Assembly: GCF_009931435.1 (NCBI RefSeq)
Contig: NZ_CP043414.1
From: Escherichia coli
GTDB lineage: Bacteria; Pseudomonadota; Gammaproteobacteria; Enterobacterales; Enterobacteriaceae
Strand: one strand, 5' to 3'
Length of the DNA stretch: 64,000 nt
The notes beneath the pieces were generated by a model. The model was given only the letters and a program-made list of their open reading frames with translations, was not told the origin of the DNA and made no database searches. A program made the translations under genes and the position numbers. This document shows positions 12,419 through 23,020 of the stretch, piece after piece. Position 1 is the stretch's first letter; every line of letters begins with the position of its first letter.

Positions 12419-15400
12419 ATGGCTTCGACAAATGCGCAGCAAATAAAAAATAATGATCAAAACTCTTTATGCGGTCTGGGTGACAAAATACGCCGCCTGG
12501 CCGCCGGAGTTTGTTTATTCACACAAATTTTTTTCCCCGTCATGGTGACGGCACAAAATGTGGTACACGCTAAACCCCAGATGACAGTTTCATCTCCTCC
12601 CCCTCTTACAGAAAATAAAACCGTACCTTACACGCTTGGCGCGCTGGAATCAGCGCAAAGTGTTGCTGACCGGTTTGGTATTTCACTGGAAGAGCTTCGT
12701 CGTCTTAATCAGTTTCGTACTTTTGCCCGCGGCTTTGATAACGTGCGTCAGGGTGAAGAACTGGATGTTCCGGCAACAACCTCGCAGAGAAGTCATGAGC
12801 TACAAAATGCCGTATCACCGGCGAATGCCGAAAACACTCTGGAGAATCAAATAGCCAGTACTTCACAGCGAGTTGGCACTCTGCTTTCACAAGATATGAA
12901 TAGTGAGCAGGCGAGCAGCATGGCGCGTGGTTGGGCGTCTTCAGAAGCCTCTGGCACGATGACTGATTGGTTAAATGACTTTGGCACCGCGAAAATCTCT
13001 CTGGGCGTGGATGAAGATTTTAGCCTGAAAAATTCGGAATTCGACTTCCTGCATCCATGGTATGACACACCCGATTATCTGCTCTTCAGCCAGCATACTC
13101 TTCACCGAACGGACGATCGCACCCAGATCAACACCGGTTTAGGCTGGCGTTACTTCACCCCCAGTTGGATGTCAGGCATCAACCTGTTTTTTGATCACGA
13201 CCTGAGCCGCTATCACTCCCGCGCGGGACTTGGCGCAGAATACTGGCGTGACTATCTGAAGTTGAGCAGCAATGCTTATATCGGCCTGACCGGCTGGCGT
13301 AGCGCACCAGAATTGGATAATGACTACGAAGCCCGCCCGGCTAACGGCTGGGATTTACGCGCAGAAGGCTGGTTACCTGCCTGGCCGCATCTGGGTGGAA
13401 AACTGGTCTATGAACAATACTATGGCGATGAAGTGGCGCTGTTTGACAAGAATGATCGTCAAAGTAATCCCCATGCTATTACCGCAGGCCTCAACTATAC
13501 CCCCTTCCCGCTTCTGACTCTCAGTGCAGAACAGCGTCAGGGGAAACAAGGTGAAAATGACTCACGGTTTGCCGTTGATCTGACCTGGCAACCCAGCAGC
13601 TCAATGCAGAAACAGCTTAACCCGGACGAAGTGGCCGGACGGCGCAGTCTGGCCGGTAGTCGTTATGACCTGATTGATCGCAACAACAACATCGTTCTGG
13701 AATACCGCAAGAAAGAGCTTATCCGCCTGAGTCTGCTGGACCCAGTGAAAGGGAAATCGGGAGAAATAAAACCGCTGGTTTCCTCGCTACAGACCAAATA
13801 TGCCCTGAAAGGCTATAAAATCGACGCTGCTGCGCTGGAATCTGCTGGAGGAAAAGTCAGCACTTCCGGAAAAGATATCACGGTCACGCTGCCTGGTTAC
13901 CGCTTCACTAACACCCCGGAAACCGATAATACGTGGCCGATAGACGTTACCGCTGAGGATGTAAAAGGTAATCTGTCACATCGTGAGCAAAGCATGGTCG
14001 TCATCCAGGCTCCGGCATTAAGCCAGAAAGATTCTCTGTTATCCGTTAATCCGCTAACCCTGGCAGCAGATAAAAAATCGACTACCACATTGACTGTGAC
14101 TGCGCACGATTCCGACGGTACCCCGGTTCCGGGGCTGGCACTGCAAACCCGCAGTGAAGGTGTTCAGGATATCACTCTGTCTGACTGGACAGATAACGGG
14201 GATGGTAGCTACACACAGATGCTGACTGCAGGAACGACTTCAGGTTCAGTAACACTGACACCGCAACTTAACGGTGAGAGTGCGGTAAAAGAATCCATCG
14301 TCGTTAATATCGTCCCTGTTGTCTCATCCCGCGACCATTCTTCAATATCCATAGATAACATATTGTATTATGCCGGAGACGACATCAAAGTCAGGGTAGA
14401 ACTGAAAGACGACAAAAATAAACCGGTTGAATATCAAGAAGACGCGTTGGTAAAAGCCGTCACTGTCGAGAACAGCAAACCTGGCGCCACGGTTGTCTGG
14501 CACGAAGAGCATCCGGGCGTTTATGCAGCGAATTATCCGGCCCATAAGCAAGGAGCAGCCCTGAGGGCACAACTTAGCCTTCACAACTGGAATACTCCTC
14601 TGCAATCGCATATTTATAATATCGAAGCAAACCAGAATAAGGCTCACGTCGCCACATTATCCGCAACGAATAATGACGTTTACGCCGATAAAAAGACGTT
14701 TAATACCATCACTATTAACGTCACTGATGAGAGTGATAATCCCCTGAGAAATCATCAGGTCACCTTTAAGAATGAGAAAGGAAGCGCGGAATTTGTAGAA
14801 CCGACGCAGCAAAATACTGATGCACATGGTGTTGCCACAATCAACATGATAAGTCAGGTTGCGGAAGAAAATACGATTAGCGCTACGCTGCCAAATGGTT
14901 CTACTCAACGGGTAACTGCGAAATTTGTTAGCGATTCGAATACGCCAAAACTCAAACAACTGGTTGCCGCGCCAGATACCATTAGTGCTGGTAATAGCCA
15001 GGGTAGTACCCTGACCGCCACCGTCACAGACTTTCATAACAACCCGTTAAAAGATATGAAAGTGAATTTTGTGGCACCAACTGACTCGCAACTGGACAAC
15101 ACGACCGCCACAACTGACCAGTCCGGGATTGCGCGGGTGCACCTGACCAGTTCAAAAGCAGGTAACTATACCGTCGATGCCTCGCTTGAGGCGGATAAAA
15201 ATATTCACCAGTCGGTTACGGTTACCGTGGTCCCAAACAGGGAACAATCGGTAATTATTTTGAATGCCGGATCGGGCAGTACGATTGCTAACAATACAGA
15301 TACCGTTACCCTGACTGCCAGTGTGAAAGATGTTTATGGACACTCACTACCGGATGAGGATGTGAAATTTACCTTGCCAGCATCTATGACAGGGAACTTC

Positions 15401-17659
15401 ACGCTAAGTAGTGACACCGCTCGCACCGATTCAAACGGCAATGCCGTGGTCACATTGCGAGGCACAAAAGCGGGTGAGTTTACAGTGACGGCGACACTGA
15501 GCAGAAATAATACCAGTGCTAATCAGCTAGTCTATTTTATTGGGGATACAAGCAGCGCGCAGCTCCAGCCGCTGACTGCCTCATTATATACCATAGTTGC
15601 TGGCAACAGTACGGGGAGTACCCTGACAGCAACGATCCTGGACGCTTACCAAAATCCGCTTAAAGACCAACAGGTCACTTTCCAGAGTAACGATGTCACA
15701 CTAAGCGGAACAGAAGTCACCACCAATACGCAGGGTCAAGCGACGGTAATAATGACCAGCAATATTGCCGGACAACATAACGTAGTGGTGAGCCGGAAAG
15801 CGCAATCATCCGATAATAAAACGTTTAGTTTATCAGTGCTCCCGGATGAAAGTTCGGCGAAGATAATAAGTATAACCGGAGCCGAAAAAACGATAATGGT
15901 TGGCGAAAACATCACGCTACGAATACACGTACAGGATGCGTTTAATAACGTCATAGCCGGTCAACGCGTCAGATTAAGTGCGCTGCCAACCGCTAACATT
16001 ACGATAGACGATACGGCTTACACCGATAATAACGGCTATGCGTACGTTAACCTTATCAGCACCCAGCCTGGGGTCTATCAGGTGACAGCATCGCTGGACA
16101 ATAACAGTAGTCGTAAAGTTGACGTGAGTGTGGCAAAGGGCAAACTCGAGTTAACATCATCGAAGCCAGAAACCACGGTCCATAACAGTGAAGGTATTAC
16201 ACTGACCGCAACGGCAAGAAATATTCAGGGTGAATTGATGCCGGGGCAAATTATCACCTTTAGCGTAACACCTGATGGTGCAACGCTAAGCAATACAGGG
16301 GAAATCCTGACTGATCAGTCAGGTCAGGCCAAAGTGACGCTGACCAGTGACAAAGTCAATGTATATACCGTTACGGCCACAATGGGCAAAGACGTTCCCG
16401 TTCAGAGCCAGGTGACGGTTGCGGTTAAGGCTGATGCTACAACGGCACATGTTGTGAGTGTAGTGGCTTCTCCTGACACCATAATCGCCGACGGGGTTGA
16501 TAGCAGCACCATCACTTCACGAGTAGAAGATGATTATGGATTCCCGGTTGAAGGTGTCGACGTTAGTTACAGCTTAGACACCAAAGGCAGCCCGGTGATT
16601 AATAATCCAACTACGCGTACCGATCAGTCCGGGCAAGTCACGGCGACAATAACAGGTACATTGGCAGAAGCTCTAATTGTCAATGTTCAGGTCCCTGGCA
16701 CAGTCCACAAATCCGCAGCCATTACATTGATTCCTGGTACGGCAGATGAAAGTAAATCAACATTGAAATCTAGCGTTAGCTCTTTTATGGCTGACTTCCA
16801 GGAGAGCGCGACACTTACGTTAATATTGCAAGACAAGTACGGTAACCCGATAGTGACGTCTGATCATCTGGAATTTGTCCAGTCAGGTGCCTACGTGAAC
16901 CTCCTGAAGTTGAGCAATATTGATTACAGCCAAAGAAATTATGGCGAGTACACCGTCACTGTCACTGGCGGCGTAGAGGGCAGAGCGACTCTCATTCCTA
17001 TGCTGAACGGTGTTCATCAAGCAAACTTAAGCATATCACTGGATCTTGTCCGCTCAATAAAAGACATGCACGGTCATGTAACAGTCAACAACCATACCTT
17101 CACAACGGCTACATTCCCCAGTGAAGGTTTTATAGGGGCGTACTACACACTTAATGATGACAACTTTGAAGCGGGTAAAACCGTTAGTGATTATATGTTC
17201 ACAAGTTCACAGAGTTGGGTGTCTGTCGATGCTTCAGGTAAAGTTTCTTTCACAAATACCGGCGACCAAACTTCAGTCGTAATAAGCGCTGTTCCCAGAC
17301 AAGGAGGTACAACCTACCAGACATTAATTAAGCTGAAAGGCTGGTGGGTGAATCATGGGAATCAAACCAATATCTGGCTAACTGCCAATGCGTTCTGCAA
17401 CGCGAAAAGTGATGGATATAATCTTCCTGGCGTCGCACATTTAACGTCTGGCGAAAACAAACGCACGTTGGGATCGCTATATGGTGAGTGGGGGAACGTT
17501 GGGGAGTTTTCCAGTGATTCGCAATTTACCGCGGGTGCTTACTGGACCAATCAACAGGATGATTACAATAGACACGTCTATGTGCAGATGCTGACGGGCA
17601 GGATTGGAAGCGACGCAGATTCCAGCGCTCAACTAACTGCCTGCCGTAAATCACTTTAA
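12419..17659 (+). CDS. inverse autotransporter adhesin (intimin/invasin family): LysM, beta-barrel, many Big domains, C-terminal lectin-like domain (1746 aa)
   Basis: N-terminal LysM-like segment (YTLGALESAQSVADRFGISLEELRRLNQF), repeated Ig-like modules (TISAGNSQGSTLTATVTD / TIVAGNSTGSTLTATILD), Cys-containing C-terminal domain. Confidence 0.8.
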   Translation: MASTNAQQIKNNDQNSLCGLGDKIRRLAAGVCLFTQIFFPVMVTAQNVVHAKPQMTVSSPPPLTENKTVPYTLGALESAQSVADRFGISLEELRRLNQFRTFARGFDNVRQGEELDVPATTSQRSHELQNAVSPANAENTLENQIASTSQRVGTLLSQDMNSEQASSMARGWASSEASGTMTDWLNDFGTAKISLGVDEDFSLKNSEFDFLHPWYDTPDYLLFSQHTLHRTDDRTQINTGLGWRYFTPSWMSGINLFFDHDLSRYHSRAGLGAEYWRDYLKLSSNAYIGLTGWRSAPELDNDYEARPANGWDLRAEGWLPAWPHLGGKLVYEQYYGDEVALFDKNDRQSNPHAITAGLNYTPFPLLTLSAEQRQGKQGENDSRFAVDLTWQPSSSMQKQLNPDEVAGRRSLAGSRYDLIDRNNNIVLEYRKKELIRLSLLDPVKGKSGEIKPLVSSLQTKYALKGYKIDAAALESAGGKVSTSGKDITVTLPGYRFTNTPETDNTWPIDVTAEDVKGNLSHREQSMVVIQAPALSQKDSLLSVNPLTLAADKKSTTTLTVTAHDSDGTPVPGLALQTRSEGVQDITLSDWTDNGDGSYTQMLTAGTTSGSVTLTPQLNGESAVKESIVVNIVPVVSSRDHSSISIDNILYYAGDDIKVRVELKDDKNKPVEYQEDALVKAVTVENSKPGATVVWHEEHPGVYAANYPAHKQGAALRAQLSLHNWNTPLQSHIYNIEANQNKAHVATLSATNNDVYADKKTFNTITINVTDESDNPLRNHQVTFKNEKGSAEFVEPTQQNTDAHGVATINMISQVAEENTISATLPNGSTQRVTAKFVSDSNTPKLKQLVAAPDTISAGNSQGSTLTATVTDFHNNPLKDMKVNFVAPTDSQLDNTTATTDQSGIARVHLTSSKAGNYTVDASLEADKNIHQSVTVTVVPNREQSVIILNAGSGSTIANNTDTVTLTASVKDVYGHSLPDEDVKFTLPASMTGNFTLSSDTARTDSNGNAVVTLRGTKAGEFTVTATLSRNNTSANQLVYFIGDTSSAQLQPLTASLYTIVAGNSTGSTLTATILDAYQNPLKDQQVTFQSNDVTLSGTEVTTNTQGQATVIMTSNIAGQHNVVVSRKAQSSDNKTFSLSVLPDESSAKIISITGAEKTIMVGENITLRIHVQDAFNNVIAGQRVRLSALPTANITIDDTAYTDNNGYAYVNLISTQPGVYQVTASLDNNSSRKVDVSVAKGKLELTSSKPETTVHNSEGITLTATARNIQGELMPGQIITFSVTPDGATLSNTGEILTDQSGQAKVTLTSDKVNVYTVTATMGKDVPVQSQVTVAVKADATTAHVVSVVASPDTIIADGVDSSTITSRVEDDYGFPVEGVDVSYSLDTKGSPVINNPTTRTDQSGQVTATITGTLAEALIVNVQVPGTVHKSAAITLIPGTADESKSTLKSSVSSFMADFQESATLTLILQDKYGNPIVTSDHLEFVQSGAYVNLLKLSNIDYSQRNYGEYTVTVTGGVEGRATLIPMLNGVHQANLSISLDLVRSIKDMHGHVTVNNHTFTTATFPSEGFIGAYYTLNDDNFEAGKTVSDYMFTSSQSWVSVDASGKVSFTNTGDQTSVVISAVPRQGGTTYQTLIKLKGWWVNHGNQTNIWLTANAFCNAKSDGYNLPGVAHLTSGENKRTLGSLYGEWGNVGEFSSDSQFTAGAYWTNQQDDYNRHVYVQMLTGRIGSDADSSAQLTACRKSL

Positions 17660-17676
17660 TTTCTGAAGTAGTTATT

Positions 17677-17706
17677 AAAGGATACCCTTTTGCGAGGGTA
17701 TCCTTT
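17677..17706. terminator. putative bidirectional terminator hairpin between convergent adhesin gene and kptA
   Basis: Perfect 12-bp stem AAAGGATACCCT / AGGGTATCCTTT with 6-nt loop; weak U-tract on both strands. Confidence 0.45.
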
Positions 17707-17730
17707 CAGACTCATGACAAAAGCCAAATT

Positions 17731-17755
17731 GCCTGATGCGCTACGCTTATCAGGC
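17731..17755. repeat. REP-like palindromic element
   Basis: GCCTGATGCGCTACGCTTATCAGGC. Confidence 0.5.
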
Positions 17756-17839
17756 TTACACTATCTCTCTAATATATTGAATTTTTATGCTTTTGTAGGG
17801 AGCGCAAGGCGTTTATGCCGCATCTGGCACGAGCAAACA

Positions 17840-18412
17840 TTAATCAGCTCTTTTCTTCGGGCACTCAAGAAACTCAACAGCAACCGTTGATGTCAGCCAG
17901 ACCCCGTTTTCCGCTTGCCAGAAAGGGATGCCTCGTTTCGCCATTTCCTGTGCTTTGACGGTTAAAATAACCGGCAATCCGTGTCTTGCTCCCACTTTGC
18001 GTGCCGTTGCTTCATCAGCAGAGAGATGCACGTAATGACGCTCTCCTGGAATCAGCCCTTGTTTTTTTATCTCGTCAAGAAAGCGGCTTGCCGTACCGTG
18101 GTAGAGAAACTGTGGCGGTGTTTTTTCGGCAAAGGCAATGGCGACCTGCGAAGTCGAATGCCCCTGAACCGCGCGAATGCACCTACTATCACTGGAATAA
18201 CTAAAACGCTTTTTATCGCTGGTGGCGACAACGGTATCCAGTAATGCACGGGTTAACCGCTTACCTGCTTTTTGTGCACAAAGTATGAGCTTATCAATAT
18301 CCGCCCATCCTTCACGGTCAAGTACGATACCAATCGCCTCCGGTTTATGTCGGAGAACAAAACTTAAAAACTTGCTTGTATCCGCCAGCTCTTTTTCGTT
18401 GTACTTTACCAT
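17840..18412 (-). CDS. kptA: RNA 2'-phosphotransferase (Tpt1/KptA family)
   Basis: 190-aa ORF with Tpt1-like sequence ([24 protein letters not shown]). Confidence 0.85.
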   Translation of the reverse strand: MVKYNEKELADTSKFLSFVLRHKPEAIGIVLDREGWADIDKLILCAQKAGKRLTRALLDTVVATSDKKRFSYSSDSRCIRAVQGHSTSQVAIAFAEKTPPQFLYHGTASRFLDEIKKQGLIPGERHYVHLSADEATARKVGARHGLPVILTVKAQEMAKRGIPFWQAENGVWLTSTVAVEFLECPKKRAD

Positions 18413-18661
18413 CGCGTTTTCGTCCCTGGATTTTCCGTTTTTATTTACTCACGTCATTGTCACTGGATTTATGAATTTTCTGCAACGAAATCCTTCGCAG
18501 CATCTTGTTCAAACAGCGTAATTTTTCCGCTATGCAAAAAACGCATAGCCAGAAACATACTTGCATTTTCCCCATACCCACATGGCTGATAAGGTTTTTC
18601 AGCTCCAGGAATTTTCCTGGCTCAAGCAACACACAAACACAAAAAAACAATGGGGATTGTT

Positions 18662-19345
18662 ATGACACAACAAGGGGATGCTGTAGCCGGGGAGCTGGCG
18701 ACAGAAAAAGTGGGCATTAAAGGGTATCTGGCTTTTTTTCTTACCATAATCTTTTTTTCCGGTGTTTTTTCCGGGACAGACAGCTGGTGGCGCGTTTTTG
18801 ATTTTTCCGTTCTGAACGGATCGTTTGGGCAACTGCCTGGTGCGAACGGAGCCACCACCTCGTTTCGCGGAGCGGGTGGCGCGGGGGCTAAAGATGGCTT
18901 TCTCTTTGCGCTGGAGCTGGCACCATCAGTCATTCTCTCTCTGGGGATTATTTCAATTACCGATGGTCTTGGTGGATTACGCGCCGCGCAGCAGTTAATG
19001 ACACCTGTGCTAAAACCATTGTTGGGCATTCCAGGAATCTGCTCGCTGGCGCTGATCGCTAACCTACAAAACACCGATGCCGCCGCCGGTATGACCAAAG
19101 AGCTGGCGCAGGAAGGTGAAATTACCGAACGCGATAAAGTGATTTTCGCCGCATATCAAACCAGCGGTAGCGCCATCATCACCAACTACTTCTCTTCCGG
19201 CGTCGCGGTGTTTGCCTTTCTGGGCACGTCCGTAATCGTACCTTTAGCCGTCATCCTGGTGTTTAAATTTGTCGGAGCCAACATTTTGCGCGTCTGGCTT
19301 AACTTCGAAGAACGTCGCAACCCAACGCAAGGAGCGCAAGCATGA
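18662..19345 (+). CDS. yjiH: nucleoside-recognition-domain membrane protein YjiH
   Basis: Hydrophobic ORF; ATG 18662 preferred over ATG 18650; stop overlaps yjiG start. Confidence 0.8.
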   Translation: MTQQGDAVAGELATEKVGIKGYLAFFLTIIFFSGVFSGTDSWWRVFDFSVLNGSFGQLPGANGATTSFRGAGGAGAKDGFLFALELAPSVILSLGIISITDGLGGLRAAQQLMTPVLKPLLGIPGICSLALIANLQNTDAAAGMTKELAQEGEITERDKVIFAAYQTSGSAIITNYFSSGVAVFAFLGTSVIVPLAVILVFKFVGANILRVWLNFEERRNPTQGAQA

Positions 19346-19803
19346 CAACTCAGGTCCGCAAAAATGTCATGGATATGTTTATCGATGGCGCACGCCGTGG
19401 CTTTACTATCGCCACCACCAACCTGCTGCCGAACGTGGTGATGGCATTTGTCATCATTCAGGCGCTGAAAATTACCGGCCTGCTCGACTGGGTGGGGCAT
19501 ATCTGTGAACCCGTAATGGCGCTGTGGGGATTGCCCGGTGAAGCGGCAACCGTCCTTTTAGCCGCATTAATGAGTATGGGCGGCGCAGTCGGTGTTGCCG
19601 CCAGTCTGGCAACCGCCGGCGCATTAACCGGCCACGATGTCACTGTTTTACTGCCTGCAATGTATTTAATGGGCAACCCGGTGCAAAATGTCGGTCGCTG
19701 CCTGGGGACAGCCGAAGTGAATGCCAAATATTACCCGCACATCATTACGGTCTGCGTCATTAACGCATTGCTGTCGATCTGGGTTATGCAGCTTATTGTT
19801 TAA
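19342..19803 (+). CDS. yjiG: membrane protein YjiG (SpmB-like)
   Basis: 153-aa hydrophobic ORF; ATGA overlap with yjiH stop. Confidence 0.8.
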   Translation: MTTQVRKNVMDMFIDGARRGFTIATTNLLPNVVMAFVIIQALKITGLLDWVGHICEPVMALWGLPGEAATVLLAALMSMGGAVGVAASLATAGALTGHDVTVLLPAMYLMGNPVQNVGRCLGTAEVNAKYYPHIITVCVINALLSIWVMQLIV

Positions 19804-19815
19804 CAAGGAGTTATC

Positions 19816-20988
19816 ATGATTGATTATTCCGCAGCCGGTTTTACCCTGCTGCAGGGAGCGCATTTGTATGCGCCGGAAGATCGGGGAATTTGCGATGTCC
19901 TCGTCGCTAACGGCAAAATTATCGCAGTTGCCAGCAATATCCCTTCTGACATCGTACCTGACTGCATGGTCGTCGATCTCCGCGGGCAGATCCTCTGCCC
20001 TGGTTTTATTGATCAACACGTCCATTTGATTGGCGGTGGCGGAGAAGCTGGCCCCACTACGCGTACGCCGGAAGTGGCGTTAAGTCGTCTGACAGAAGCG
20101 GGCGTCACGTCAGTGGTTGGACTGCTGGGCACCGACTCTGTCTCTCGCCACCCGGAATCCCTGCTCGCCAAGACCCGTGCGCTCAATGAGGAAGGCATCA
20201 GCGCCTGGATGCTGACCGGCGCTTATCATGTACCTTCCCGCACCATTACAGGTTCCGTGGAAAAAGACGTGGCAATTATCGATCGCGTGATTGGCGTGAA
20301 ATGCGCTATCTCTGATCACCGCTCTGCCGCACCGGACGTTTATCACCTGGCCAATATGGCGGCGGAATCCCGCGTTGGCGGTTTGCTCGGCGGTAAGCCT
20401 GGCGTCACTGTGTTCCACATGGGCGACAGCAAAAAGGCATTGCAGCCTATCTATGACCTGCTGGAAAACTGCGATGTTCCCATCAATAAGTTGCTGCCGA
20501 CCCACGTTAACCGCAACGTACCGTTGTTTGAACAGGCGCTGGAGTTTGCGCGCAAAGGCGGTACCATCGACATCACCAGCAGCATTGACGAACCAGTCGC
20601 CCCTGCCGAAGGTATTGCCCGCGCCGTTCAGGCCGGTATTCCGCTGGCACGCGTCACCCTCAGCTCTGACGGCAACGGTAGCCAGCCGTTCTTCGATGAC
20701 GAAGGGAATTTAACCCATATCGGTGTTGCAGGTTTTGAAACGTTGCTGGAAACCGTGCAGGTTCTGGTCAAAGACTATGATTTCAGTATCAGCGATGCCC
20801 TGCGCCCGCTCACCAGTAGCGTAGCCGGTTTCCTTAACCTGAGCGGGAAAGGCGAAATTCTGCCAGGCAATGACGCAGACTTACTGGTCATGACGCCAGA
20901 ACTGCGCATTGAACAGGTATACGCCCGCGGCAAACTGATGGTTAAAGACGGCAAAGCCTGCGTGAAAGGAACGTTTGAAACGGCATAA
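19816..20988 (+). CDS. iadA: isoaspartyl dipeptidase (amidohydrolase superfamily)
   Basis: 390-aa ORF with metal-dependent hydrolase motifs (HVHLIGGGGE); RBS AAGGAG upstream. Confidence 0.9.
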   Translation: MIDYSAAGFTLLQGAHLYAPEDRGICDVLVANGKIIAVASNIPSDIVPDCMVVDLRGQILCPGFIDQHVHLIGGGGEAGPTTRTPEVALSRLTEAGVTSVVGLLGTDSVSRHPESLLAKTRALNEEGISAWMLTGAYHVPSRTITGSVEKDVAIIDRVIGVKCAISDHRSAAPDVYHLANMAAESRVGGLLGGKPGVTVFHMGDSKKALQPIYDLLENCDVPINKLLPTHVNRNVPLFEQALEFARKGGTIDITSSIDEPVAPAEGIARAVQAGIPLARVTLSSDGNGSQPFFDDEGNLTHIGVAGFETLLETVQVLVKDYDFSISDALRPLTSSVAGFLNLSGKGEILPGNDADLLVMTPELRIEQVYARGKLMVKDGKACVKGTFETA

Positions 20989-20994
20989 ACGGTT

Positions 20995-21039
20995 GTCAGC
21001 CGCCCGAATGGACGTAGAATGCCCGCAAGGGCGGCTGAC
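20995..21039. other. long-loop palindrome between iadA and hypT (possible terminator or protein-binding structure)
   Basis: 11-bp perfect arms GTCAGCCGCCC (20995-21005) / GGGCGGCTGAC (21029-21039) with 23-nt loop. Confidence 0.35.
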
Positions 21040-21052
21040 AGAGTAAAACGTA

Positions 21053-21964
21053 ATGGATGACTGTGGTGCGGTTTTGCATAATATTGAAACAAAATGGCTT
21101 TATGATTTTCTGACCCTGGAAAAATGCCGCAACTTTTCCCAGGCGGCAGTCAGTCGCAACGTCTCACAACCCGCATTTAGCCGTCGCATCCGCGCGCTGG
21201 AACAGGCAATTGGCGTTGAATTGTTTAACCGCCAGGTGACGCCTCTGCAACTCTCGGAACAAGGGAAAATCTTCCATTCGCAGATCCGCCATCTGCTGCA
21301 ACAGTTAGAGAGCAACCTTGCAGAACTGCGTGGCGGCAGCGATTACGCGCAACGTAAAATCAAGGTAGCCGCTGCACACTCTCTTTCTCTCGGTCTTTTA
21401 CCGTCAATTATCAGCCAGATGCCGCCGCTCTTTACCTGGGCGATTGAAGCCATTGATGTTGATGAAGCGGTCGATAAACTGCGTGAAGGGCAAAGCGACT
21501 GTATTTTTTCCTTTCATGACGAAGATTTGCTGGAAGCGCCGTTTGACCACATTCGCTTATTTGAATCTCAATTGTTCCCCGTCTGCGCCAGTGACGAACA
21601 CGGAGAAGCACTTTTTAACCTCGCACAGCCACACTTTCCGTTACTGAATTACAGCCGCAACTCCTACATGGGGCGATTGATTAACCGTACCCTGACGCGC
21701 CACAGTGAGTTAAGTTTCAGCACCTTTTTTGTCTCGTCGATGAGCGAGCTTTTAAAGCAGGTTGCCCTCGACGGCTGTGGGATTGCCTGGCTGCCGGAGT
21801 ACGCCATCCAACAAGAAATTCGCAGCGGGAAGCTTATCGTTCTGAATCGGGACGAACTGGTGATCCCGATTCAGGCCTATGCATACCGGATGAACACCCG
21901 TATGAATCCCGTGGCCGAACGCTTCTGGCGCGAACTGCGCGAGCTGGAGATTGTGCTTAGCTGA
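21053..21964 (+). CDS. hypT: LysR-family transcriptional regulator (hypochlorite-responsive HypT/YjiE)
   Basis: 303-aa ORF with N-terminal LysR HTH ([23 protein letters not shown]). Confidence 0.85.
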   Translation: MDDCGAVLHNIETKWLYDFLTLEKCRNFSQAAVSRNVSQPAFSRRIRALEQAIGVELFNRQVTPLQLSEQGKIFHSQIRHLLQQLESNLAELRGGSDYAQRKIKVAAAHSLSLGLLPSIISQMPPLFTWAIEAIDVDEAVDKLREGQSDCIFSFHDEDLLEAPFDHIRLFESQLFPVCASDEHGEALFNLAQPHFPLLNYSRNSYMGRLINRTLTRHSELSFSTFFVSSMSELLKQVALDGCGIAWLPEYAIQQEIRSGKLIVLNRDELVIPIQAYAYRMNTRMNPVAERFWRELRELEIVLS

Positions 21965-22349
21965 CATTCTCCAGCGTCGCACTACACCAACCGCCACTAT
22001 CCCAGACCAGATCAAACGTTAGCGGTTCATCGTCGTGGTGCAGCATTATCTCAAGGCTGATCGCCAGCGTGTGGCTGTACGCTTCTTTCAAATTGACCTG
22101 CAACGCCGCAATCCGAGGCTCATGAAATAACAGTGCAGAACGTAGTTGACGGCAATACCAGCTCTGGAGATGTTTGTCGCTCTGGTTATGCACTTGCCAC
22201 TCAGGCATACCTGAAACAAGTAATGAAGGTAATGCCGAATGAGGAGAATTAAAAAGAGTGAGGAGATCGCTGCATACCGATTTACGCAGTGATAACGTTT
22301 TATTGCCTGAAATTTCAGGTGAAACAGCCTGAAGTGATTGGCGCATCAT
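21957..22349 (-). CDS. iraD: anti-adaptor protein IraD (130 aa)
   Basis: ORF convergent with hypT, 3' ends overlapping by 8 nt; start taken at second ATG cluster (MMRQSL). Confidence 0.75.
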   Translation of the reverse strand: MMRQSLQAVSPEISGNKTLSLRKSVCSDLLTLFNSPHSALPSLLVSGMPEWQVHNQSDKHLQSWYCRQLRSALLFHEPRIAALQVNLKEAYSHTLAISLEIMLHHDDEPLTFDLVWDSGGWCSATLENVS

Positions 22350-23020
22350 TTTGCGCACTCCTGACGTTTAGCAACATATGTGGCTTGCCCTGAATACCGG
22401 GCACCACTGTATTGATGCTCATTTTCCATAGCCATTCCCTTTTGTTCATTACATCCATGTCAGTCTGAGACAGGCCTGAATCCTGTCAGCAAAGTATAAA
22501 ACCTTACTTGCCTATGAATATCTACTGACTTTTCAGGAAAAAAGTCATGATTTGATAAAAATCATCAAACTCAAAAAAAAACTGCTAGTATATTCTGAAT
22601 ATTCCGAATAGTTACGTAGATGAAAATACTTGTCACCGCCGCTACTTAATCCCGGCGGGACATTATTTATTTTCGTATAATCAACCATGTATTACTTGAA
22701 ACAATTAGTTTGTAAATAATATAAATTGATAACATATCAAATACATCAAAAACACCATTCACAGGCATTATTAATATAGACATCAATATAACAACATCAA
22801 ATTCCAATTAGTAATAAGATATGCTTTTTAATTGCATGCAAATAATTTTAAATGAGCGTTTTTTGATACTTTAGAGTGTTTCCCACCCTTTCATATGACC
22901 GTGTAGAGTTGATATCACTACAACAGAAACATGCATGTCATTTGTTTACTTCTCTTTTTACTACAGAAAAATTTATCTATTTTTCTAAGCATCAGTGAAA
23001 TACTCATAAAGGTAATTAAT

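Noticed and set aside
18622-19098. 158-aa minus-strand ORF
   Set aside because: Antisense to yjiH; shadow ORF.
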